The notes below the pieces were generated by a model. That model worked only from the letters and a program-made list of their open reading frames with translations. It did not search any database and had not been told where the DNA came from. A stretch of 64,000 nt of DNA. Origin: Bugula neritina (lineage: Eukaryota; Animalia; Bryozoa). Each line of letters begins with the position of its first letter. The stretch's first letter is position 1. Shown one piece after another: positions 16,600-28,300 of this stretch. Location: positions 22,043,319 to 22,107,318 of the forward strand of contig OZ037768.1 in assembly GCA_964035545.1 (NCBI GenBank). The letters are read 5' to 3'. The position numbers were made by a program, and so were the translations under genes.

Positions 16600-18600
16600 T
16601 GGTGAGTTTATGATTATCATCATGATAATCATATTTATAAAAACAATAATGATAGCCATAGTTGATAATGATTCGATGCAAGACTGAGACTCACTTTTAA
16701 AGAGTCGGTGAAACTTAGTTAATAAGTGAACAAGATATTTAATTTTATAATCAACTCATAATATAATTTATTATTGCAATAACGCATTATCATAATCATA
16801 TTTTATTATAATGATAACCATAAATATAATAACTATTGATGAATATCAATACGAATAACATTAACTATAATATAACATTTACTTTTATAATAAAATAAAT
16901 GATATAAATAAAAATATAAAATTTAAAATATAAAAATGATTAAACCAACTCATCAAGTATTAACGTACACTTACAGTGAACGGTGCACCGTCAGTGTGAG
17001 TGTCACTACACCGTGAAACTTATACTGAAAGAAAATCAGTATGAGTATCAATATCAGTATGAGATTGAGTATCACAATCACAATGCCAGTTTCAAAGTGA
17101 GTGACATTTACAATCAATGAATATGATATTGTCAATCACAATGTGAATGAGCATCAGTATGACTATCAGTATTACTATTAGTATTACTATGAGTATGACT
17201 ATGACAGTATGACTAAAACTATGATGTATGAGATTGAGAAACAGAATGAATATGAGTAAATTACTAAAAGCAAATGTAATGATAAACTTAAAAGTAAAAC
17301 CAGGCGGCAGGCACAGCACAATGACAAACTCAAACTGAAACTGCTCAGCTTTTATAAGTTATTTTAAATTTGACGTGTAGAATCTATATTAATTTTATTT
17401 TATGCGGTCTAATTAATATTAATTGACTTGCTTAGCTTATTACAGTTACTACTAGTACTACTACTAATACTACTACTAGTACAGCTTTCGAATCGCCTGC
17501 AACCTTTGGTTTTATTTTCAGTTAATTAAATAAAAGTATTTAAAACTCGGAACCGGAAATTAAATTGTGCATAAAAGCAATGTGTTTATACAGATAGAGT
17601 ACGTGGAAACAACGCATTACACAAATAACAGTGTATTTTTTGGCAATATTCACTATCAAAATATTACTAAAATTTCAGTTATTTTAGCAAGTTTATACTG
17701 TATTCTTAAAACTGCAAAATGTTTGAAAAATCAACTCAGATCATAAACCGTCAAAGTATTTTCAAGAGAAAATAACTCTAAAAAGCCCGAAGTTCTAATT
17801 TTGAAAAACCCAGCTAAACTGAAAATTCAACTGAAAGTCAGTGTGAGTGTAGTAGTGCTGTCCTTGGGTCAAACAAATTGAAATTCTGCAGTCAGAATTG
17901 TAGATTAATAAAAGCACTAAAACTTGCAAATTGTAGCTGTTCTTGTCATTTTAAAAAAATCACCCTGCCAAATCAATTTTATGATGTACTTAAATGAGGA
18001 TAAATAAAGAAGTATGTTCATTTTGATTTTAATACTTAGAAAATTAAATATTTGATTTTATATTAATATTAAATTAATTTATTCAATATATAAAATAATA
18101 ATATTATTATTAATAATTAATAAACAATAATGATAATTTTAATTTGTATTTTTTCATAATCATGATACTCAATATCATAATGATAATCATGGTCATAGTG
18201 ATACCCCATATATTTATAAGTATCATTATCATAATCATTATCATTATGATTATTATAATTTTATCAATTTATATTGAATTTATTCTTGCACATTTTCATT
18301 TTGAAATACTATTTTATTTTTAGTGTTCAAGTTGAAGCATATTTTTAATTTATCCTAATTTTAAGTTTAGCAGTTTGAGATTTAGATTGGGTTTATGTTG
18401 TCATTAAAATTTATTGATTAGGCTTACACTTACAGTTACTCTTAGTGATGTTATACTTATAGTCAAACTATTAGTATTAACTAATTTTTATAGTTGATGT
18501 TGTCCTTATACATATAGTGATAGTTATGCTTAAAGTGCAGTATGAGTATTTGAATGAATATGAAAATAAATGAACTTTTAGTATAAGGTTTGCTACTACT
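16600..18600. promoter_or_regulatory. Probable divergent promoter region between SEC61B (-) and PDPR (+)
   Basis: Head-to-head genes; tandem ETS-like CGGAACCGGAAAT at 17548-17560; identical 14-mer GTCAGTGTGAGTGT at 16990 and 17837; flanked by period-6 low-complexity tracts. TSSs are not determined. Confidence 0.45.
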
Positions 18601-19349
18601 TTTGAATCTGCTCATTGAATCATTTAGTAACTCTAAGACTTTGGTTTAATAGCCTTAAAATTATGTTTGTTAGCAGAGCTGAGTTGAAGTCAAAGCAAGC
18701 CAAGTTAATGGCCCATGACTTAAATAAAAATATCAAGTCAAAGTAAGTAAAGATTATCACATTAATCAGCTAAAGTTAAAAAAATTCAACTTCTTGCATC
18801 ACCAGGTATTAAAGTCTACACAATTTGGATTAATGTATTAATGTAATGTCAACAGTAGATTAAAATCACCATACAGTCGAACAAAGACAGTTTAACCATG
18901 TTGAGAATTTTTTTATTAACATTTACGATGTGCCCTGTTTTATTTTGTCAAAAAATAATTACTAATCAAATTTAAGGACTATTGATAAAATAAAACAATT
19001 GTCATTGTGATATTTATATTTGATCCTATGGCTTATTACAGTAACTACTACTGGATGGCAGCTAGGCTGTTTTACATTTCGTTTGGTTTTTTGTATTGTT
19101 TACACACCTTATAAATACAGTTGAATTATCCAAATATACCTTGGCTATGTTTCTATACACAACATTTTTATGTCTTTTGGATTAACTTTTTACTATTTGT
19201 ATGGTAAATTTTTGCTGAAGATTTATGAAGACATGTATTTATGTATTCATCTAAATTTATGGTTTTCTGTAGATTTATCTTTCATATAAGCTCATGATGT
19301 TGACCAAAGCAGTAAACATGCTGTCCTAAGCGCCTCGATTGAGTCTGAA

Positions 19350-22300
19350 ATGTACTTTTGTCAGCGAGTTGCTTCTCTAATAAAAAGATCTCCTCTCCCT
19401 AAACATGTCTTGCCATGTATTACATCACAAGGTAATTTAATCTATTTGGGATAGACTTCAGGCGTTTTCATAATCTTCAGAGCCTTCAGTTAGAGTACAC
19501 AAGCTATTTTATAGAAGCACATTTAGTTATAATTTGCATTGTTTTTCATTTATGTGATGCATTTTTATTGCATTTCAATTTTACTTATTTACTTTATTTA
19601 TTGTTTTGCGTTTCAAATTCATTTATTTATGTAGTTGTATCAACTTTAGGGTACTGTGACACAAGTAATAATGGGAACGTTGCAGCGTCTCGTAAACAGC
19701 TGCCGTACCATTCCCGAGTCGTCGTATGCGGTGGAGGAATAGTCGGCTGTTCTATTGCATATCACTTGACCATGATGGGAGAGGACGATGTGGTGGTCCT
19801 GGAAAAGAATCGGTGATAACTTTTGTATTTATACTTGGAGCTTCAGAATAAATGTTGAATAATGATTGAAATGAGATGATTACCAGTTGTATTCTGGCCT
19901 AAATTATGGCTGAAATATTCAGTGCATAATTTAAAGGCTGCTGTTGTAATTTCTTTGAGTTTCACCACTACTTTGAGTTATGTTCTTTAATGATTTTATT
20001 TGTGTATTTTATTTATTTAAATTTGTTATATGCATATACTGTAAAGTGCATGCTGTAAAATATAATTTTTTGCACACATCTACGATATAGCCTATTTTAT
20101 ACAGTATACATTTTTATACATATCTATCATAAATTGTATATTGTGGAGTATAATTTTGTTATGCATATCTACAGTATATTGTATAACTTGGTTTGGCTAT
20201 ACATAATGTAATATAGTGTGTATTTTACAGCATAATTTTGTTATACACATTTACCATATAGCGTATATTGTGCAGTATGATTCTACTATACATCTCTACG
20301 GTATAGTGTATATTCTACTGTATAATTTTATAGGATTGGAGAAGGTGCCACTAGCTATTCTGCTGGAATTGTGGGACAACTGAAAAGTACTGCATTCGAG
20401 ACTCGTGCTATACAATACACCATTGAGTTATACAAATCGCTCAGTGAAGAACATGGCTTAAGTTAGTTATATGTTATTTAATTTTTACGTCAACACCCTG
20501 TACTAACATCCTATGGGCAGGCAAAGCATGGAAAATGTAGGAACAATTGTATTCATGATAGTTTGAGACTCACATAGTCTCACAGAATGTTACTCACTTT
20601 AATATTATATGCTGACTGAGTTAAAGTTATATTTAAAACATAGCTCTTAATTAATGCAATATTGAAATAGAAACATTATACAGTTGCTTCCTGCAGTTAA
20701 ATACTGTCTGAAAGTTATAAAATGCCACTTGCTCTAATGTATCTGCAGCATTTCTGTGTCCGCAGCAATAAGTAAGTATAATCTATAGAAACGCTCTGTC
20801 TTACAGACTGGGTGAAATCTGGAGCTCTTTTTCTCGCCAGAACGCCAGATCGTCTGCATAAGCTAGAGAGACACCATCAAACTGCCAGGTGGGTGTACTA
20901 TCAGTAGCTTGTTGTAGCGAAGAATATTCTCATAAGATTTGAAAATCTTCTTTATTACTAGAAGCTGGAGATGATTATATTTTGGAGTTGTGTACCCTAA
21001 CAATGTTAAGTTTATACAGTTTCTTCCTGTATCCTTGGCTATTGCAGTGCCTCTCTTTAGATTGAGTCTAAAACTCTGCTGTTAGTTTTTGAAAAATTTG
21101 GTGTTTTTCATGTTGGTTTTGTTTTTTAATGATATTTTTTCCACGAGCATGAATTTACAGCAGCATAATCTAGATGGAATTTAAAAGAAAACTTTTTGCT
21201 AACTCTAATATATATCTGGTTAATTTGTTACACTTATATGATATTGATAAAAAAACTGACCAAATGTTGCATTATTAGTGCTGTAGTTACACTATATGCA
21301 GGTATATTAGTAGTGTAGTTACACTATATGCAGGTATATTAGTGCTGTAGTTATACTATATGCAGGTATATTAGTGCTGTAGTTATACTATATGCAGGTA
21401 TATTAGTACTGTAGTTATACTATATGCAGGTATATTAGTACTGTAGTTATACTATATGCAGGTATTTTAGTACTGTAGTTATACTATATGCAGGTATATT
21501 AGTACTGTAGTTATACTATATGCAGGTATATTAGTACTGTAGTTATACTATATGCAGGTATATTAGTACTGTAGTTATACTGTATGCAGGTATATTAGTG
21601 CTGTAGTTATACTATATGCAGGTATATTAGTGCTGTAGTTATACTATATGCAGGTATATTAGTGCTGTAGTTATACTATATGCAGGTATATTAGTACTGT
21701 AGTTATACTATATGCAGGTATATTAGTACTGTAGTTATACTATATGCAGGTATTTTAGTACTGTAGTTATACTATATGCAGGTATATTAGTACTGTAGTT
21801 ATACTATATGCAGGTATATTAGTACTGTAGTTATACTATATGCAGGTATATTAGTACTGTAGTTATACTGTATGCAGGTATATTAGTGCTGTAGTTATAC
21901 TATATGCAGGTATATTAGTACTGTAGTTATACTATATGCAGGTATATTAGTGCTGTAGTTATACTATATGCAGGTATATTAGTGCTGTAGTTATACTATA
22001 TGCAGGTATATTAGTACTGTAGTTATACTATATGCAGGTATATTAGTGCTGTAGTTATACTATATGCAGGTATATTAGTGCTGTAGTTATACTATATGCA
22101 GGTATATTAGTGCTGTAGTTATACTATATGCAGGTATATTAGTACTGTAGTTATACTATATGCAGGTATATTAGTGCTGTAGTTATACTATATGCAGGTA
22201 TATTAGTGCTGTAGTTATACTATATGCAGGTATATTAGTACTGTAGTTATACTATATGCAGGTATATTAGTACTGTAGTTATACTATATGCAGGTATATT

Positions 22301-25300
22301 AGTACTGTAGTTATACTATATGCAGGTATATTAGTGCTGTAGTTATACTATATGCAGGTATATTAGTACTGTAGTTATACTATATGCAGGTATATTAGTG
22401 CTGTAGTTATACTATATGCAGGTATATTAGTGCTGTAGTTATACTATATGCAGGTATATTAGTACTGTAGTTATACTATATGCAGGTATATTAGTGCTGT
22501 AGTTATACTATATGCAGGTATATTAGTGCTGTAGTTATACTATATGCAGGTATATTAGTACTGTAGTTATACTATATGCAGGTATATTAGTGCTGTAGTT
22601 ATACTATATGCAGGTATATTAGTGCTGTAGTTATACTATATGCAGGTATATTAGTACTGTAGTTATACTATATGCAGGTATATTAGTACTGTAGTTATAC
22701 TATATGCAGGTATATTAGTACTGTAGTTATACTATATGCAGGTATATTAGTGCTGTAGTTATACTATATGCAGGTATATTAGTGCTGTAGTTATACTGTA
22801 TGCAGGTATATTAGTACTGTAGTTATATTATATGCAGGTATATTGGTACTGTAGTTATACTGTATGCAGGTATATTAGTAGTGTAGTTATACTATATGCA
22901 GGTATATTAGTACTGTAGTTATACTGTATGCAGGTATATTAGTAGTGTAGTTATACTATATGCAGGTAAATTAGTACTGTAGTTATACTATATGCAGGTA
23001 TATTAGTGCTGTAGTTATACTGTATACAGGTATATTAGTAGTGTAGTTATACTATATGCAGGTAAATTAGTACTGTAGTTATACTATATGCAGGTATATT
23101 AGTGCTGTAGTTATACTGTATACAGGTATATTAGTGCTGTAGTTATACTATATGCAGGTATATTAGTACTGTAGTTATACTATATGCAGGTATATTAGTA
23201 GTGTAGTTATACTATATGCAGGTATATTAGTGCTGTAGTTATACTATATGCAGGTATATTAGTACTGTAGTTATACTATATGCAGGTATATTAGTGCTGT
23301 AGTTATACTGTATACAGGTATATTAGTGCTGTAGTTATACTATATGCAGGTATATTAGTACTGTAGTTATACTATATGCAGGTATATTAGTACTGTAGTT
23401 ATACTATATGCAGGTATATTAGTGCTGTAGTTATACTGTATACAGGTATATTAGTGCTGTGGTTATACTGTATGCAGGTATATTGGTACTGTAGTTATAC
23501 TATATGCAGGTATATTGGTACTGAAACACAGCTATTGTGCAAAGATGAAATGGCTGAGAAGTATCCATATATTGGTGGTGATGACTTGCTTGGAAGTCTG
23601 TGGATACCCGAAGACATCATTGTCCATTCTCAACAAATTACTCCCCTACTCAGGAAACTTGCCGAACAAAATGGTACGTCTACATTGAGATCTCTACTAT
23701 CTGCATTGAGCTCTCTACTATCTACACTGAGCTCTCTACTCTCTAAGCTGTGCATTGTTGAAGCTCTCTCTAGTCTTCTAATCCAGGTGTGAAACTTGTA
23801 ATAGTGACAGTGTTGTTCATCAAGAGCTGTGTAGTGGAGCATGGAGCATGCATGAGCTTTTACACTCTACAAGGTTATTCTTGCCATTGCAGGTGCCACA
23901 TTTATTGAGGATTGCTCTTTACAGTCGGTGCACACGGACAAACATAGGCGTGTGGTCACGTCACTCGACACTTCTGAAGGAGAAATCAAGTGTGACTATT
24001 TCATCAACGCGGCTGGTCAGGTCGGTATTTTGATAGGCTGACTTATCGCTGCTTTCAGAGTATCCAAGTAACTTTGCAAACTTTAACCTGCAACTCAACG
24101 CATCTCAAATTTATTTCACAGTGGGCACGGATGGTTGGGAAGCTGAGTACGCCCCGTGTTAGAGTTCCTATACATTCTGTGGAACACTACTTTATGCTAG
24201 CACAGCCACAGGATGTTATAGATGAGAACATGCCGGGTGAGATAATTTGTTTTCTTGCAGCAAAGTCTCGTATTTTTACTCAAGGGAGATACTTGTAATA
24301 ACTCAAGAGAGAGACTTGTAATGACTCAAGAGAGACTTGTAATGACTCAAGAGAGAGACTTGTAATGACTCAAGAGAGAGACTTGTAATGACTCAAGAGA
24401 GAGACTTATAGCAGTCATTTGAGCTGTCTGTCTGTTTGTAGTTATCAGAGATTACGACAATCACTGCTACTTCCGGATGTGGGGAAACTCCATCATGGCC
24501 GGTGCATTTGAAGCTGTGGCTAAGCCTATATTTCACGACGGAGTTCCTGAGACATTTAATTGTGCCAAGGATAGACTGAAAGAAGACTGGGACCAGCTAC
24601 GTAAGTTCTTACAGACACTAGAGTAAGTTATCAGCAGACGAGGTTCAAGTGTAAGTCAGCCTATGTCACGGACTTCAAGTTAGTTTATTCTCAAGTATTG
24701 ATTGGTTGGTGGATTCTTCAGTTACAAATGAAAAGATGTGAGTTTGAGAGAAAATAACTTCTGTAGTTTTCAATTTTCTTAAGCCAATAAAATGTTGCTT
24801 GTAAAAGAAATTTGAGTTAATATTATTAATGTTTTTATTATATGCCATTCTACGAAATCTATTTACACATTCATCGAAATAGTTGAGAAGGAAGCAACTT
24901 TTTTCAGCATTCATTACTTGTTTTAGCTACACGTCATATCTGTAGAAAATTGGTGTTTACTTCTTACTTTGTTTGACCAAAGCTGGTGAATAGTTTTGTG
25001 CTTTGCATGTTCCAGAGTTCACCCTGGACAAGGTTGTAAGCTCCATACCACAGCTGTCGTCTGCTTGTATAAAGGACGTGGTTACCGGCACCGAGGCCTT
25101 CTCTCCTGACAGACACTGGATTCTTGGAGAGGCACCAGAGGTGGGCTAAAATGGTCAGAACTCAAATATTCTGGTTGTTATGTTTTCTGCTGTAAAGTGT
25201 ACTTGTCAATAAAACTACAAATTGCTGTTTTTTGTTTAAAAAGATCTTATTTAAAACTTGATTTGCCTGAATGACTGATCTTACAACCAGTGACTTCTGT

Positions 25301-28300
25301 CAGCTCTACTAAAGTTTTCACATTTTGTATTATCAGCAAGCTTCAGCTCTACTGATTTGTGCAGTGTAACAAGCAGTTTGATTCTATGATATGAATGTTC
25401 GATGACGGCATTATTCTAATGTAAATAAGCTTATAAGACCCTGCTTTTGAAAATTCTTTTATTTACATTATAAAATCCATCTTTCAGAACCCAGAGTTTC
25501 CCATGATACAAAAGTGTGGTAAAATTAAAATGGCGTCCAAGTTCAAAATAGTTTGTTTCTAATTTCTGCTGTCACAATGAACTCTGGCATAAAATGATTA
25601 AATTAGGTGTTCTACAGCTCTGAGTATTTCATTAGCGGCTCACAACTCTGCTTATTGTTTTCAATCTTCTCAAAGTTAAGAAATCCGAAGCCACATTTGG
25701 TATTGCATTATAATGGCTCCATGGAGATGAAACACAATTCAGATGTGAGTGATTTTCATAAACACAACTCCAAAACTTAACAAGTTTATCAAGTCTTAAG
25801 TTCCAGAGATGGCATCATAGCAAAGATGATTTTACACAACATTAATTTCCTAAATTTATATAATAATTTTAAGCTACTAAACGCCAAGGTTAGATAGTGT
25901 TATATTATTTATTTATTTTTTATATGATCAAAGTGAAAGCATTTAGTGTTTCTGACCAAGTAAGACAGACAGGCAGACCTAATGTATACTATGTATCATA
26001 ATGTCAAGCAGTCTTAGTGACAGTTCTAAACCACAGCTACGCTGGCTCCAGTGGGGGTGGTAGCCTCGCCCACTTCTTCTATCTTCTCGGTGTCTGGGCT
26101 AGTCTTCTTCAGATTGCTGTCACTCAAATTCTGTGGCGGTGGGTTCATCGTGCATGGCACCACTGGCACTTGTAGTTTTTTGATGTTCACGCTCAAGGTT
26201 GCCGGGGTCTTTTTCAAAGGTATGGTTTTCTTGGACACAAGAACTGATGGTTTACAAGCAGTCTTTGCTTTGAAAGTTGATCTCGTCACTCTAGTAGTTG
26301 ACCGAGCTACTCTAGCTCTTTTTCTCGAAGTCGGCTTGGTTTCTTCATTCCTTGCTCCTTCTAATTTTGCTGGTGCACTTGACTTTCTCTTGGTGGCTGT
26401 TTTACGCTGGGTTAGTTGGCGGGGTTTTCTCGCGGATTTTACTTTTGCACTCTTCTTTACGGTGCTGGTTGATTTAGCAGTTGTGGCGGTCACCTTTGTC
26501 GACTTAATTGCCGATTTTGTTGCCGATTTTAAAGCTTTGCCATTTGTATTTTTGGTTCTCTTGGCCACTGCAGTAGTTGAAATGGTGTTCTTCACTTTAG
26601 CAGTGTTTGATTTTCTACTCTTTGAAGTAGAACCTGTCGCTTTGCCCTTTTTTTTGCTGGTAGTTCTTGGCTTTGCCACTTTTACTGCCGCAGTCTTCTT
26701 TTCATCTACCCTTTTGGTTTTCGCTGATTTTGCTTTTGGTGATGGGTGTGGTTTGTAGCTGATCTCCGTGTAATCGCCATAGGAAGTGGCAATACTTGAG
26801 CAGCTGGTGGCATCACTGTAGTCATACTTGTCATAGTAAGTACACGCTGTCGTGTTGGTATAGGAGGAGTCACTGGAACTGCTGGCACTGTCCCCTAAAT
26901 ATCAACCAATTAATAGAGGTTACCACAGGCTAATGTCTTGCCTAGTGAAGAGTGAATTTATTTCAAGATTTGTAAAACTCTTGCTGAATGAAAGTTTTCT
27001 GCGTTCTTACCCAAATACTCAGTTCTGGCAGAGGAGGTGCTAGGTGACCTTGAACTGCTGTAATGCCTGTGACCGCGCGATCTTTTCGGCGTTCTGCTCC
27101 TGTACGATGTTCTTGAACTGGAAGGTTCGCGAGATTGTAGTTGCTTTCTTGATACGACAACATTTTCTGTTGCTGATGCTATGCTTGTTCTCCGATCAGC
27201 CTCATTACCATACCTGTAAATTCAATTTTGACTAGAATCAAGTGGATAAATATTTAATTTATACTGTTCGGCTATACTTAAGTCAGTAACTTAATTTTAA
27301 GTAATAAAAGCTTGAGTATGTAGGTTGCTTGTAGTTTGAGCTAGAACTTAGAATTAAAATGTTTTACCGTTTCTTTTGTTCCGATGTCATTGCTCTCCAA
27401 TGTGAAGCAGCCTTCTCATCAAATTCCTTTTTCTCCAACTTCCTCCTGCCATCTCTTTCTCTCTTCCGTTTATAGAGCTGTGCAAACAGCTTGTAGCCCT
27501 CGCTCTCATGGGATGCAACCATTTTGGGTAAGAAAAGTTGTAACTCAATGACTCCGGTGTTCTGAATCTGCTATGAATTATTTTGATTGTTTAGTTATGG
27601 CTTCAGCATCATCTCATTGTCAATGATTGGTTGATTATTTTGCTAGAAATATTTTAGCCATTTGTGCAAAATTCATCTTCAGCATTTCACAGAAATATTA
27701 TAATATTCATAGTTGGGCCAAATACTTGAACATTTCTTATAACCAGTATATTTTCAAGGTTTTAGACCTAAGCATTCTATATGTATTCCGTATTATTATT
27801 CATTGCCATTAAATTTTATCAAATAATAAAAAGTATCCAGAAATTGTCTGAAAACTGAAAAGTAATGATAAACTACAATTTAGCACACACAATTGTACGT
27901 AGATAATAATATATGCATGTATATTTGCTTACATGTTTCTAATAAAACACACATTTGAATATGGGAATTTGAAATGTAGTATAATGCAGCAATTTGAAAA
28001 CAAAAAAGATACGTTTATTACACTTTCAAGCATTTTATCATATAACTTTTTCAACTGAACATTTTAGATGAAAAAATACTGGTTTTTTAGACTTTTGTGT
28101 AAAACCTAGATAATACTCAGGTAATACTTGAGTCTTACTCAAGTAATACTCACGTAATACTCAGGTAATACGTAAGTAATACTTGAGTAATGCTCAGGTA
28201 ACACTCAAGTGATTTTAGATCAAATTTATGACAAAATAATATTTGCATTCAAAATTTTTTGCCCTAATAAAATACTGCTTTTTATGCCCAAGCTGTAGTA

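Noticed and set aside
17092-17319. Hydrophobic ILIV-repeat ORF
   Set aside because: Translation of the period-6 low-complexity tract.
21273-23523. Regular ~32-bp array resembling CRISPR
   Set aside because: Head-to-tail units with no unique spacers, no cas genes, eukaryotic intron context.
26051-26758. 235-aa hydrophobic ORF on the + strand
   Set aside because: Antisense shadow of the Lys/Thr/Ala-rich exon (AAA/AAG read as TTT/CTT); no ATG start or splice support.
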